The notes beneath the pieces were generated by a model. The model had not been told where the DNA came from. It did not search any database and was given only the letters and a program-made list of their open reading frames with translations. A stretch of DNA of 27,158 nucleotides from a bacterium (GTDB lineage Bacteria; Desulfobacterota; DSWW01): NCBI GenBank assembly GCA_040756235.1, contig JBFLZG010000054.1, positions 1-27,158 on the forward strand, read 5' to 3'. The translations under genes and the position numbers were made by a program. Every line of letters begins with the position of its first letter. Position 1 is the first letter of the stretch. Of this stretch, positions 17,485 to 24,947 are shown piece after piece.

Positions 17485-18048
17485 TCAACTGTTTGCCTTT
17501 CGCCCTTGACTCGCTCCCTTGCCCCCACCTCCCTTGCGCCGCGCTCGCTCCGTCTTCCGCCGCGAGACCGACCGGGCTGCGCGCGCGAGGTGCGCTCTCC
17601 TGCGCGCGATCGCGAACTCGTACCCGTCGGCCAGGGCGTGAAGGCTCGCCTCGTTGATGTTGCGGCTCAACTGCGAAACCCTCCAGACCTCACGACCGTC
17701 GCTCTGCAGGATGCTGACCTCCACGGCCGCCCGCGTTCCGCTGTGGGACTCGTGGATGCGCGCGGCGAAATCGACCAGCCGCACCTCGTCGATGAAGGGA
17801 AACGCGGGCGTCAGAGCCTTTTTCAAGGCGTTGGCCAGAGCGTCGATCGGCCCCACCCCCGTGTCGGCCTCGTGCACCACACGCCCGCACGCCTCCAGCA
17901 CGATGGTCGCCTCGGGCTCGGCGCCGTCGTCGACCAGGTGATAGTTGCGGACGATGCGGAAGGGCGGCCGATACCCTCCAATCGACCGGAGCACGTTCAG
18001 CTCCAGGTTCGCGTCGAGCGGTTCGTAGGGGTTGGCTTGCCGGCTCAT
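17485..18048 (-). CDS. Stand-alone LeuA/CimA (2-isopropylmalate/citramalate synthase) C-terminal allosteric domain protein
   Basis: EATI...HEADTGVGPIDALANALKKAL...VRLVDF...GT.A.V.V.I..SDG..W.....NI.EASL.AL.D follows the CimA/LeuA regulatory-domain pattern. No catalytic TIM-barrel domain. Confidence 0.85.
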   Translation of the reverse strand: MSRQANPYEPLDANLELNVLRSIGGYRPPFRIVRNYHLVDDGAEPEATIVLEACGRVVHEADTGVGPIDALANALKKALTPAFPFIDEVRLVDFAARIHESHSGTRAAVEVSILQSDGREVWRVSQLSRNINEASLHALADGYEFAIARRRAHLARAARSVSRRKTERARRKGGGGKGASQGRKANS

Positions 18049-18051
18049 GCC

Positions 18052-18513
18052 TTAAGCCCCTTGCGGAGGCTGTCGATAAACCGCCATCTGCCGCGTTGCG
18101 CTCAAGCTCCGCCGATCCTCCATGCGGTCAGGGTCCTCCCAAGCCATGCGCAGCCGGATGCCCCGCTTCTTCAGGTATTTTTTCAGATCCTCCGGAGAGC
18201 TCAGGTAAGACTGGAACTTCACTTTCCCGCTGAATTCACAGTCGACAGGGGAGTGGATCCTGCAGACGTAAGGCCTTTCCCGGTACATCCGGCACTTGGA
18301 TCTTCTGGTGAGATAGCGGCAGGGAACATCGACGAGCAGATACCAGAGCCGCTTCTCCACGTACACGGCCACCTTGTCGTGGCAGAGAAACCAATAGACC
18401 TCGTCGAAATCGAGCTTGCACCGAGGGGCCTTGATCTTGGTGACGATGTAACGGCAGCAGAGCCCCTGGCAGGCTTCGGGACATCGAATCGTGCGTTCGT
18501 TCTGGCGGGCCAT
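18052..18513 (-). CDS. YkgJ-family cysteine cluster (CxxxCxxxCC, Zn/Fe-chelating) protein
   Basis: CPEACQGLCC ... PCRYL...CRMYRERPYVCR...C. Start ATG 18513. Confidence 0.85.
   Translation of the reverse strand: MARQNERTIRCPEACQGLCCRYIVTKIKAPRCKLDFDEVYWFLCHDKVAVYVEKRLWYLLVDVPCRYLTRRSKCRMYRERPYVCRIHSPVDCEFSGKVKFQSYLSSPEDLKKYLKKRGIRLRMAWEDPDRMEDRRSLSATRQMAVYRQPPQGA
18066..18104. repeat. 39-nt repeat arm embedded in the 3' end of the YkgJ gene
   Basis: GAGGCTGTCGATAAACCGCCATCTGCCGCGTTGCGCTCA is 35/39 identical to 27041-27079. Confidence 0.8.
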
Positions 18514-18792
18514 CCGTGACGTCGCAGCCAACAAGCAGAAAGGGTGTCTGCCTCGAGAATGACGAGTGTGCACCGTGCCTGCCCCGGGCAGGCGGGGAGG
18601 AGGCCGCTTCTTCTCGGACCTTCGGTCCAGTATACTTCTGGATAGCCCCTATCGACGAGCGTGTCAAGGGCGACGGCCGACGAGCGGCCGGGCACGCCCG
18701 AACAGCCGTGAAAAAGGGTCCGATCCAGGGGCGGGCAAGTCCCGCACCCGAGAGCAGGGATCGGAGAAACGTCCGGAGGCAGGAGCTCTCTG

Positions 18793-19896
18793 TTGCGCTT
18801 CACCACAGACCCGGGCAAGAACGACAGCGCAGGGTGCTGCGGGCGCTGTTCGGATGAAGCCCTGCACGCGGAGGCCGACCTTGCGGGAGGCCGCCTGATC
18901 GCCCCGCAGATCGACAGAACCTTGTTCGGCCGCCGCTTCAAGAACCCCAATCCGGGCTTCGAAGATCCCGCATTCAGCAGGGTCGCACGCTGGCTGATCG
19001 AGAGGTTTTGCAGGGACGGCCGGACGTCTTCGTTCGGGATGCTCAGGCCCCTGCGTACGTCTGCAGCCGTCTCCTCTCCGACCGAACGGCTCGAGGCCCT
19101 GATGCGGCTTACGAACGGCACCCTGACGTCCTTGACCTGGATCGGGCATTCCACCTTCCACATGCAGATCGAAGGTCTCGGTGTGTTGACCGACCCGGTC
19201 TGGAGCCCCCGCGTCTTCCCGCGCGTCGGGCCCCAGAGGGTCTTCCCGCCGCCCTGGTCCCTGGAGCAGTTGGGAAGGATCGACCTCGTGCTCCTCTCCC
19301 ACGATCACTACGATCACCTCGACTTGCCCACGTTGCGCAGGATCGGACCGAAGCCTCTCTACTGCGTTCCGCTCGGACTGAAGCCCGTCCTCGCCAGAGC
19401 CGGCCTCTGCCGGGTCCAGGAGTTTTCCTGGTGGGACACGCTGTGCATCGCTTCGCTGCGCGTCCGATGCGTCCCGGCCCAGCACTTCTCGGTGCGGGGA
19501 CTGCTGGACCGCAACGCGACCCTCTGGGCCGGCTGGTGCCTCGAGGGCCGCCAGCACAGGGTCTATTTCGCAGGTGACACAGGCTTCTACCAGAGGCAGT
19601 TCGAAGAGATCGCGAAGGTGTGCGCCCCGATTCACGCGGCCATCCTGCCGGTGGGCGCGTACCGCCCCCGCTGGCTCATGGGCCCCGTCCACATGGACCC
19701 GCTCGAAGCGCTGGAGGCGGCACGGATGCTCGACGCCCGCTGGCTCGTTCCCTGCCACTGGGGGACCTTCAAGCTGTCGGACGAGCCGCTGGACGAACCG
19801 ATCGAGGTGCTGGGGCAGGCGCTCCGCGACGGCTCCTCCGGGCGCTGCAGGGCCTGGCTGCCCGTGCCCGGGCAGACCAAGTACCTGGCGGGGTGA
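18793..19896 (+). CDS. MBL-fold metallo-hydrolase (NAPE-PLD/RomA-like); start uncertain
   Basis: RFKNP, TWIGHST, TDPVWS, SHDHYDHLD (HxHxDH), PAQHFS.R, YFAGDTG, HMDP and HWGTF. TTG start after AGGAG. Confidence 0.9.
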   Translation: MRFTTDPGKNDSAGCCGRCSDEALHAEADLAGGRLIAPQIDRTLFGRRFKNPNPGFEDPAFSRVARWLIERFCRDGRTSSFGMLRPLRTSAAVSSPTERLEALMRLTNGTLTSLTWIGHSTFHMQIEGLGVLTDPVWSPRVFPRVGPQRVFPPPWSLEQLGRIDLVLLSHDHYDHLDLPTLRRIGPKPLYCVPLGLKPVLARAGLCRVQEFSWWDTLCIASLRVRCVPAQHFSVRGLLDRNATLWAGWCLEGRQHRVYFAGDTGFYQRQFEEIAKVCAPIHAAILPVGAYRPRWLMGPVHMDPLEALEAARMLDARWLVPCHWGTFKLSDEPLDEPIEVLGQALRDGSSGRCRAWLPVPGQTKYLAG

Positions 19897-19948
19897 AGAA
19901 TCAGGAATCTTTGCGAGGAGCCCTCGGATCGCCGTGTTGGCAACAGCG

Positions 19949-20220
19949 CGGGTCACACTCAGTGCGGCGGGTGTACGCCTGAGGAGTCGAGGGCGAGTCG
20001 CGGAGGCCGTCCCGAGTTCCGATAGGCCGGTGGAACGCAGCGCTATTTCCCGAATACCAGATCCGTCAGGCGCGTGCGTCCCGAGAACACCCGGCCCGGA
20101 ACGAGGGACGAAAGGGGCGGCCTGCCCGAAGGGCCGCACTCTCCGAGACTTTAGGAGAACCGGCCGGAGCGTTCTGAGCCCGAGACGATCGAGGGCGATG
20201 CACCCACCGCACTTAACCCG
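19949..20220 (+). ncRNA. Candidate highly structured non-coding element (ncRNA or ssDNA-folding repeat) of unknown family
   Basis: Hand-folded: a closing stem of about 20 bp (19961-19980/20193-20213), a ladder of tandem GA/GA internal loops, a long nested arm (20008-20110) and two small hairpins. It fills most of a convergent intergenic gap. Confidence 0.45.
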
Positions 20221-20260
20221 TCATGGGACCTGAAACCCGGCAGCTCTCTCCTCCCGCTCT

Positions 20261-21193
20261 TTATTTCTCCAGCTCCTCGCGGATCAGCACCATCTTGCTC
20301 CAAGCCTCGGAGACGAGCCCGTCCATGTTCGCCCGGTGATTGGCGCGCAAGCAGTGGAGGCAGCCGTCCAGCACGATCATGGGCTTGAGCGTCGAGGCGT
20401 GGTGCAGGGCTTCGACCACATCCGACACCAGGTTCTTCACCGTGGGTCTCAAGTTCTCGCCGTATTCCAGCTCCACGGCTTCCAGCACGTAGTACATCAC
20501 GTGCGTGGCGCCCTGCGCCTCATAAAAGTAGTCGTCGGCGTCCCACGTGGAGACGGCCGACCCGTCAGGCTCGTGCTCGCGGTAGAGGTTGGCGTGAGCG
20601 TCGCCGAGGATGTCGCACCAGGCCTCGAACAGACGGATCAACTCGATATTTCGCTGATTCAGGGGGCGCGAAATCTGGGGTTCCGTCTTCAGGCCCAGCA
20701 CGTACCTCTTCAGGGCCTCGGTTCCCTTCTCGAAGCGGTCCTCGGCCGAGGGCAGGATCCAGCGCTTGGCATCGTTGCGCAGCATGGTCTCGGCCACGAG
20801 CAGGTTCGGGTCATAGACCTCTGCCGACACCTTCGTCAGGTTGTCACGGAACACCCGGGTCGTCTCCCGCATGGTATGGATGATTCCGAGCTGCCGGTGG
20901 GCGTTGTTGTCCGGGCCGACCCACGGCCCCCAGAGGAAGAAGTCGTTGGGCCTCCAGCCGATGGCGCCATCGAGCTCGTGCTCCATGACCCTGTGCAGGG
21001 CGGTCCCGATGATCTCGCCCGGCACGTAGGACTGTCCGTGGGGGTACATGGCCTCGAGGTCGAGGTGGAGGTGGTTGTGAGCCCGCTGGACGAAGTGGAG
21101 CGCCACAAACCCTCCGAAAAGGATGACGGCGGCCACGCCCGCCACGGCCAGAGCGATGAATTTCTTTTCCTTCATCACACCCAGATTTCTCAT
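20261..21193 (-). CDS. DUF2333-family membrane-anchored protein
   Basis: N-terminal TM helix. GWRPND, DNNAHRQLGI, WILPSAEDRF, ADDYFYEAQG and ANHRANM fit my recollection of DUF2333. Start is 21193 (GAGGTG RBS) or 21175. Confidence 0.75.
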   Translation of the reverse strand: MRNLGVMKEKKFIALAVAGVAAVILFGGFVALHFVQRAHNHLHLDLEAMYPHGQSYVPGEIIGTALHRVMEHELDGAIGWRPNDFFLWGPWVGPDNNAHRQLGIIHTMRETTRVFRDNLTKVSAEVYDPNLLVAETMLRNDAKRWILPSAEDRFEKGTEALKRYVLGLKTEPQISRPLNQRNIELIRLFEAWCDILGDAHANLYREHEPDGSAVSTWDADDYFYEAQGATHVMYYVLEAVELEYGENLRPTVKNLVSDVVEALHHASTLKPMIVLDGCLHCLRANHRANMDGLVSEAWSKMVLIREELEK

Positions 21194-21269
21194 CTCCGGA
21201 CACCTCATCCTTGGAAACCAAGACGGAAAGGTCCGCCCCCTGAAATCTCGAGCCCACCGGGGACAGGTC

Positions 21270-21298
21270 ACACTAAGAAAAGCTCCTGGGGTTGTCAA
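21270..21298 (-). promoter_or_regulatory. Sigma70-type promoter for the DUF2333 gene
   Basis: On the minus strand: TTGACA (21298-21293), 17 bp, TAGTGT (21275-21270). Confidence 0.65.
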
Positions 21299-21369
21299 CC
21301 GCGCCTGCCGCGAGGGCACGGCGCCGGGTCCCGCAGGCGAGGGCTTCTCGAGCCCGCATCCTGCTCCCA

Positions 21370-21399
21370 TTGACAACCACCGGCAGCGGGCGCTACCTT
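21370..21399 (+). promoter_or_regulatory. Sigma70-type promoter for the outer-membrane protein gene
   Basis: TTGACA (21370-21375), 18 bp, TACCTT (21394-21399). Confidence 0.5.
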
Positions 21400-21581
21400 G
21401 CCGCACCGGCGCCGCCTCGACTCCCGCCGGGCCAACACCACGCATCCCGAGGCGGCGATCCCCGCGACCTGATTTTCCGTTGACTCGGTCTCAGGTTTTG
21501 AAGGAACCTAGTCGATAGATTTGGAATGCCCCGGGTTCGATGGGCAACTCGTGAGTTCAGGCTTCACTGAAAGGAGAGGAG

Positions 21582-22358
21582 ATGATGAGAAGCAAGTCGT
21601 TTCTGGCCATGGTAACGGCTCTGGTCCTCGGTCTCTCAAGCACGAGCGCCTTCGCCGGGGGTTGGGGTCCGTACTTCAGCTGGGGCCGGGACGACCCCAG
21701 TGCGGGCTTCCCCGATGAATTTCTGGACCGGGTCGATGATTTCGTTCCTCGAGACCTGCTCGAGGACGCCGATCTGGACTTCACCATCGACCACCTGACC
21801 TTCGGTGTTGTCTACGACAGCGCCCCTTCCCGGGCCAGCACGATCAACTATCGCGGGACTCTCGGCTTCGACATAGCGATCAACTCCGAAATCGACAGCG
21901 TGGACCTGCCGCAAATCGGCGAGATCGACCTGAATGATGTCGGGCTCGACATGGACGAAAGCGGATACGGCTTCACTACGACGCACACGCTCGGATTCGG
22001 TCTCGTGCAAACCGAGCTGCTCAAATGGTGGGTCGGGCCCGGGCTTAGGTTCAACTTCAACTACTACAGTTATGAACAAGATGTGCTGGGTTTCACCGCG
22101 GACATCGAGGCGGCGAATCTCGTCATCGGCGGAGGTCTGGACACGGGGGTAAACCTGCACCTTTCACCGAATCTCTCGTTGTCTCTGGGCGGCGGGTTCC
22201 ACTGGAACGCCTTCGGTTACGTAATGGGCGACCAAGACATCGATTTCGGCGCGCTTGCCTGGGGGGACGGTCCATTCTACTTCATCCAGGTGGCGGCTCT
22301 GTTTCACACCGGTCCGGACAAGGACGCCTGGGCTGCAAGCCCCGCTGCGCAGCCTTGA
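21582..22358 (+). CDS. Secreted acidic protein, probable outer-membrane beta-barrel
   Basis: Strong RBS AAGGAG and a signal peptide ending AFA. Alternating aromatic/Gly beta-strand patterns (WWVGPGLRFNFNYY, GLDTGVNLHL, LSLSLGGGFHW, YFIQVAALF). Confidence 0.75.
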   Translation: MMRSKSFLAMVTALVLGLSSTSAFAGGWGPYFSWGRDDPSAGFPDEFLDRVDDFVPRDLLEDADLDFTIDHLTFGVVYDSAPSRASTINYRGTLGFDIAINSEIDSVDLPQIGEIDLNDVGLDMDESGYGFTTTHTLGFGLVQTELLKWWVGPGLRFNFNYYSYEQDVLGFTADIEAANLVIGGGLDTGVNLHLSPNLSLSLGGGFHWNAFGYVMGDQDIDFGALAWGDGPFYFIQVAALFHTGPDKDAWAASPAAQP

Positions 22359-22446
22359 AGAACCGCCCCATCTTACGACGAGGGCCCCGTGCGGCGCCCT
22401 CTCGACGGGCCTGAAAAGCGGCACGGTCCGCAGGCGGCCTTCCGCT

Positions 22447-23448
22447 TTACCGGTACCGCTCTCCTCGCAGCCTCTCCAGATAACCCGCAAACTCCAGCTC
22501 CAGGGGAGAGCGGATGCGCATCGACCGGCCGCTTTCCGGATGAAAGAACTGGATCTCCGCGGCGTGGAGGAGCTGGCGCGGAGGCTCCGTAGAGGACGAC
22601 GCGTACGCGAGCCTCTCCTGCCCGCTTCCGTAAGTCCGGTCGCCCGCAATCGGGCATCCGATCGACGCCATGTGGACGCGCAGCTGGTGCCGGGCGCCGG
22701 TCCTCATCCACAGCCGGACGAGGCTGAAGGAGCCATAGCGCCGGACCACGCGAAAGCGCGTTTCGGCCTCCCTCAGGCTCCTGTATCCTCTGGCATCGGC
22801 CGGATCGACGGCCCTCACCCGGCCGGCCCGCCTCCCCCGGCTCCCGATGGAAGAGTCGATGCGCCCCCACGGCTCCGGCTCCCCTTCGACCAGCGCCAGG
22901 TAGGTCTTGAGCACGAGACCTTTCTCGAACTGCACTCTCATCTGCTCGAAGGCGAACGCCTTCTTGGCCGCCAGCACGACGCCCGAGGTCTCCCGGTCCA
23001 GTCGGTGCAGAAGGCCGGGTTCGCGCGCCGAATAGCCGATCCCGGGCAGCTCCGGGTAACGCACAATCAGGGCGTTGGCAAGAGTGCCCGTCTCGCCTGA
23101 ACGCAACGGGTGCGTCGGCATCCCGGGCGGCTTGTCCACGGCCACCAGGAAAGGATCTTCGAAGAGGACCGAGAGAGGCAGCTCCGGATCCGGCACGAGC
23201 ACGAAGCCTCGTTCGCCGAGCGGCCCGCGAACGAGAATGCGGTCCCCTTCGCAGAGGCGCGATCCTTTGCGCGCAGCCCGCCCGTTGCAGAGCACCCTTC
23301 CCTGGTCGAACCAAGCCTGCATCTGCCGTTTGGGCAGCTCGGGAAAGCGCGCCTTCAGAAAATGATCGAGGCGCAGGCCTGCCTGTTCCGCTGCCACCGT
23401 GATCTCGGGGGCGCCGGGATCCGCCTTTGGCCTTGACTTTGTCGCCAT
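22447..23448 (-). CDS. RluA-family pseudouridine synthase with an S4 domain (RluD/RluC-like)
   Basis: S4-like RLDHFL, VDKPPGM, catalytic HRLDRETSG, HQLRVH, PIAGD..YG and LLHA. An alternative TTG start at 23466 overlaps the hemG stop. Confidence 0.92.
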   Translation of the reverse strand: MATKSRPKADPGAPEITVAAEQAGLRLDHFLKARFPELPKRQMQAWFDQGRVLCNGRAARKGSRLCEGDRILVRGPLGERGFVLVPDPELPLSVLFEDPFLVAVDKPPGMPTHPLRSGETGTLANALIVRYPELPGIGYSAREPGLLHRLDRETSGVVLAAKKAFAFEQMRVQFEKGLVLKTYLALVEGEPEPWGRIDSSIGSRGRRAGRVRAVDPADARGYRSLREAETRFRVVRRYGSFSLVRLWMRTGARHQLRVHMASIGCPIAGDRTYGSGQERLAYASSSTEPPRQLLHAAEIQFFHPESGRSMRIRSPLELEFAGYLERLRGERYR

Positions 23449-23462
23449 CCTTTTTTCAGGTC

Positions 23463-24947
23463 TCAATGCCCCCAGCGTCCGGCAAGGAAGTCCGCCTCGA
23501 TCCGCTGGGACACCCGCACCGCCTCCCGGGTGCAGTCGTTGATCGCAACTCCGCGGTACGCGTTGCCGGTCAGGTAGACTCCCGGGAAGAGGGCCAGACG
23601 CTCTTCGATCCGCTCGAGTCTGCGAACGTGACCCACCACGTAAGACGGGATCGCGCGCTCATGGCGCACAACGTAACGGAAGATGACCTTGCCCCTCGCT
23701 CCTGAAGCTCTCTCGAGCAACCGGTGGACCATTTCCTCCAGCTCTGCATCTTCGGCCTCGACCGCTTGCGGGCTCCGCCATCCTCCGACCATGTTGCGCG
23801 TCAGCACGCATCCCGCGGGCGAACGCGATTCGAAGATCCGGGAGGTCCAGAGGGAACCGAGCACCGGGGTCCCCTCGCGATGCGGCACCAGAAAGCCGAA
23901 CCCGTCCAGAGATCCCGGAGTCGCCCCCTCGGGAAAGGCGAGCCCTACGACCGCCAACGGCGCGTAAGGGATCTCCCGGAGGAGCTCGCCCGCCTGCGGG
24001 TCGAGCCCGGCGAGGATCCCTGCGGCCGCGTGTGCGGGTGCGGCCACGACGACGGCGTCGGCCGGGATTTCCTCCCTTGCCCCCTGGCGCTCGCCAACGA
24101 GCCGGTAGCCTCCCTGGCCGCCCGAACCGGGGTTCGCACACTTAAGCGTCCGCACCCGGCACCCGGCCACGCAGGACCCGCTCAGCCGGGCTGCCAGCGC
24201 CCGGACCAGCGCCTCCACCCCGTCCCGGAAGGAAACCAGGATTCCCGCAGGCCCTGCAGGGCCCGCCTCCCGGGCGGCGCCGATCTCGTCCTTCCCTTCG
24301 GCCGCTTCCGCCTTCCCCGCCTCCTGCCCCCGCTTTCTCTGCCTTTGCAGGGCCACCAGCGCCCGGATGAGGCTCCCGTAAGTCCGCTCCAGCTCCGCGA
24401 TCCTCGGAAAACAGGCCTCGAGGCTGAGCAGCGCCGGATCCCCGGCAAAGATGCCCGAGACCATGGGGTCGAGCAGCTTCTCCGCGGCCTCCTTCCCCAG
24501 CCGCCTCGTTCCGAACTCGGCGATGCTCGTGTCGAGCCCGGCCGGGGTCGCCGCTACCCATGGCTCTCTCAGGATGCGCAGCCTGCCCCGAAGGGAGAGA
24601 AGAGGCGAACGGAAGAAGCGGCCCGGGCGGTCGGGTACGAGGTGGAGGCGCCCCTCGGAAAAGACGTAGCGCCTGCGGGCCGCGTCGCGGCTCGCAAGAA
24701 GCTCTCCGGCAATCCCCAGGTCCTTGCACAGATCGAGCGTATCGGGCTTGCCGTCGAGGAACCCGTTCGGGCCCCACTCGAACAGATAGCCGTCCCGGAC
24801 CTCGCTCCGGATCTTGCCGCCGAGCCGGCCCTCGGCCTCGAGCACGACCGTCTCCACCTCCTCGTTGCGCGCGGCGAACCTCTGTCGAACGCGGAACGCC
24901 GTGGCCAGCCCGGAGACGCCCCCGCCGATCACGACCACCCGCTTCAT
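23463..24947 (-). CDS. hemG: Protoporphyrinogen/coproporphyrinogen oxidase (HemY-type FAD enzyme)
   Basis: GGGVSGL FAD motif, RLGGKIRS, EWGPNGF, PMVSGIFAGD, GFGFLVP, AIPSY and GNAYRGVAINDC. ATG 24947 overlaps the hemH stop. Confidence 0.95.
   Translation of the reverse strand: MKRVVVIGGGVSGLATAFRVRQRFAARNEEVETVVLEAEGRLGGKIRSEVRDGYLFEWGPNGFLDGKPDTLDLCKDLGIAGELLASRDAARRRYVFSEGRLHLVPDRPGRFFRSPLLSLRGRLRILREPWVAATPAGLDTSIAEFGTRRLGKEAAEKLLDPMVSGIFAGDPALLSLEACFPRIAELERTYGSLIRALVALQRQRKRGQEAGKAEAAEGKDEIGAAREAGPAGPAGILVSFRDGVEALVRALAARLSGSCVAGCRVRTLKCANPGSGGQGGYRLVGERQGAREEIPADAVVVAAPAHAAAGILAGLDPQAGELLREIPYAPLAVVGLAFPEGATPGSLDGFGFLVPHREGTPVLGSLWTSRIFESRSPAGCVLTRNMVGGWRSPQAVEAEDAELEEMVHRLLERASGARGKVIFRYVVRHERAIPSYVVGHVRRLERIEERLALFPGVYLTGNAYRGVAINDCTREAVRVSQRIEADFLAGRWGH

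Noticed and set aside
19979..20145. Possible hammerhead ribozyme (CTGAGGA ... GACGAAA ... TC)
   Set aside because: The core words are present, but stem I cannot form between the bases before CUGA and those after the UH site. These bases are better explained by the GA-ladder fold.
19949..20220. Assignment of the structured element to 6S RNA, SRP, RNase P, a group II intron or a retron ncRNA
   Set aside because: It lacks the SRP GGAA/AGCAG loop, the RNase P GAGGAAAGUCC, the intron domain V and the 6S central bubble. No reverse transcriptase gene is nearby.
20345..20365. CLHC in the DUF2333 protein as a c-type haem site
   Set aside because: The motif is CxxCL, not CxxCH, so it is not a haem-attachment motif despite the nearby haem genes.
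22383..22435. Intrinsic terminator between the OMP and RluD-like genes
   Set aside because: The hairpins are imperfect and the T-run is only 4 nt, too weak to call.
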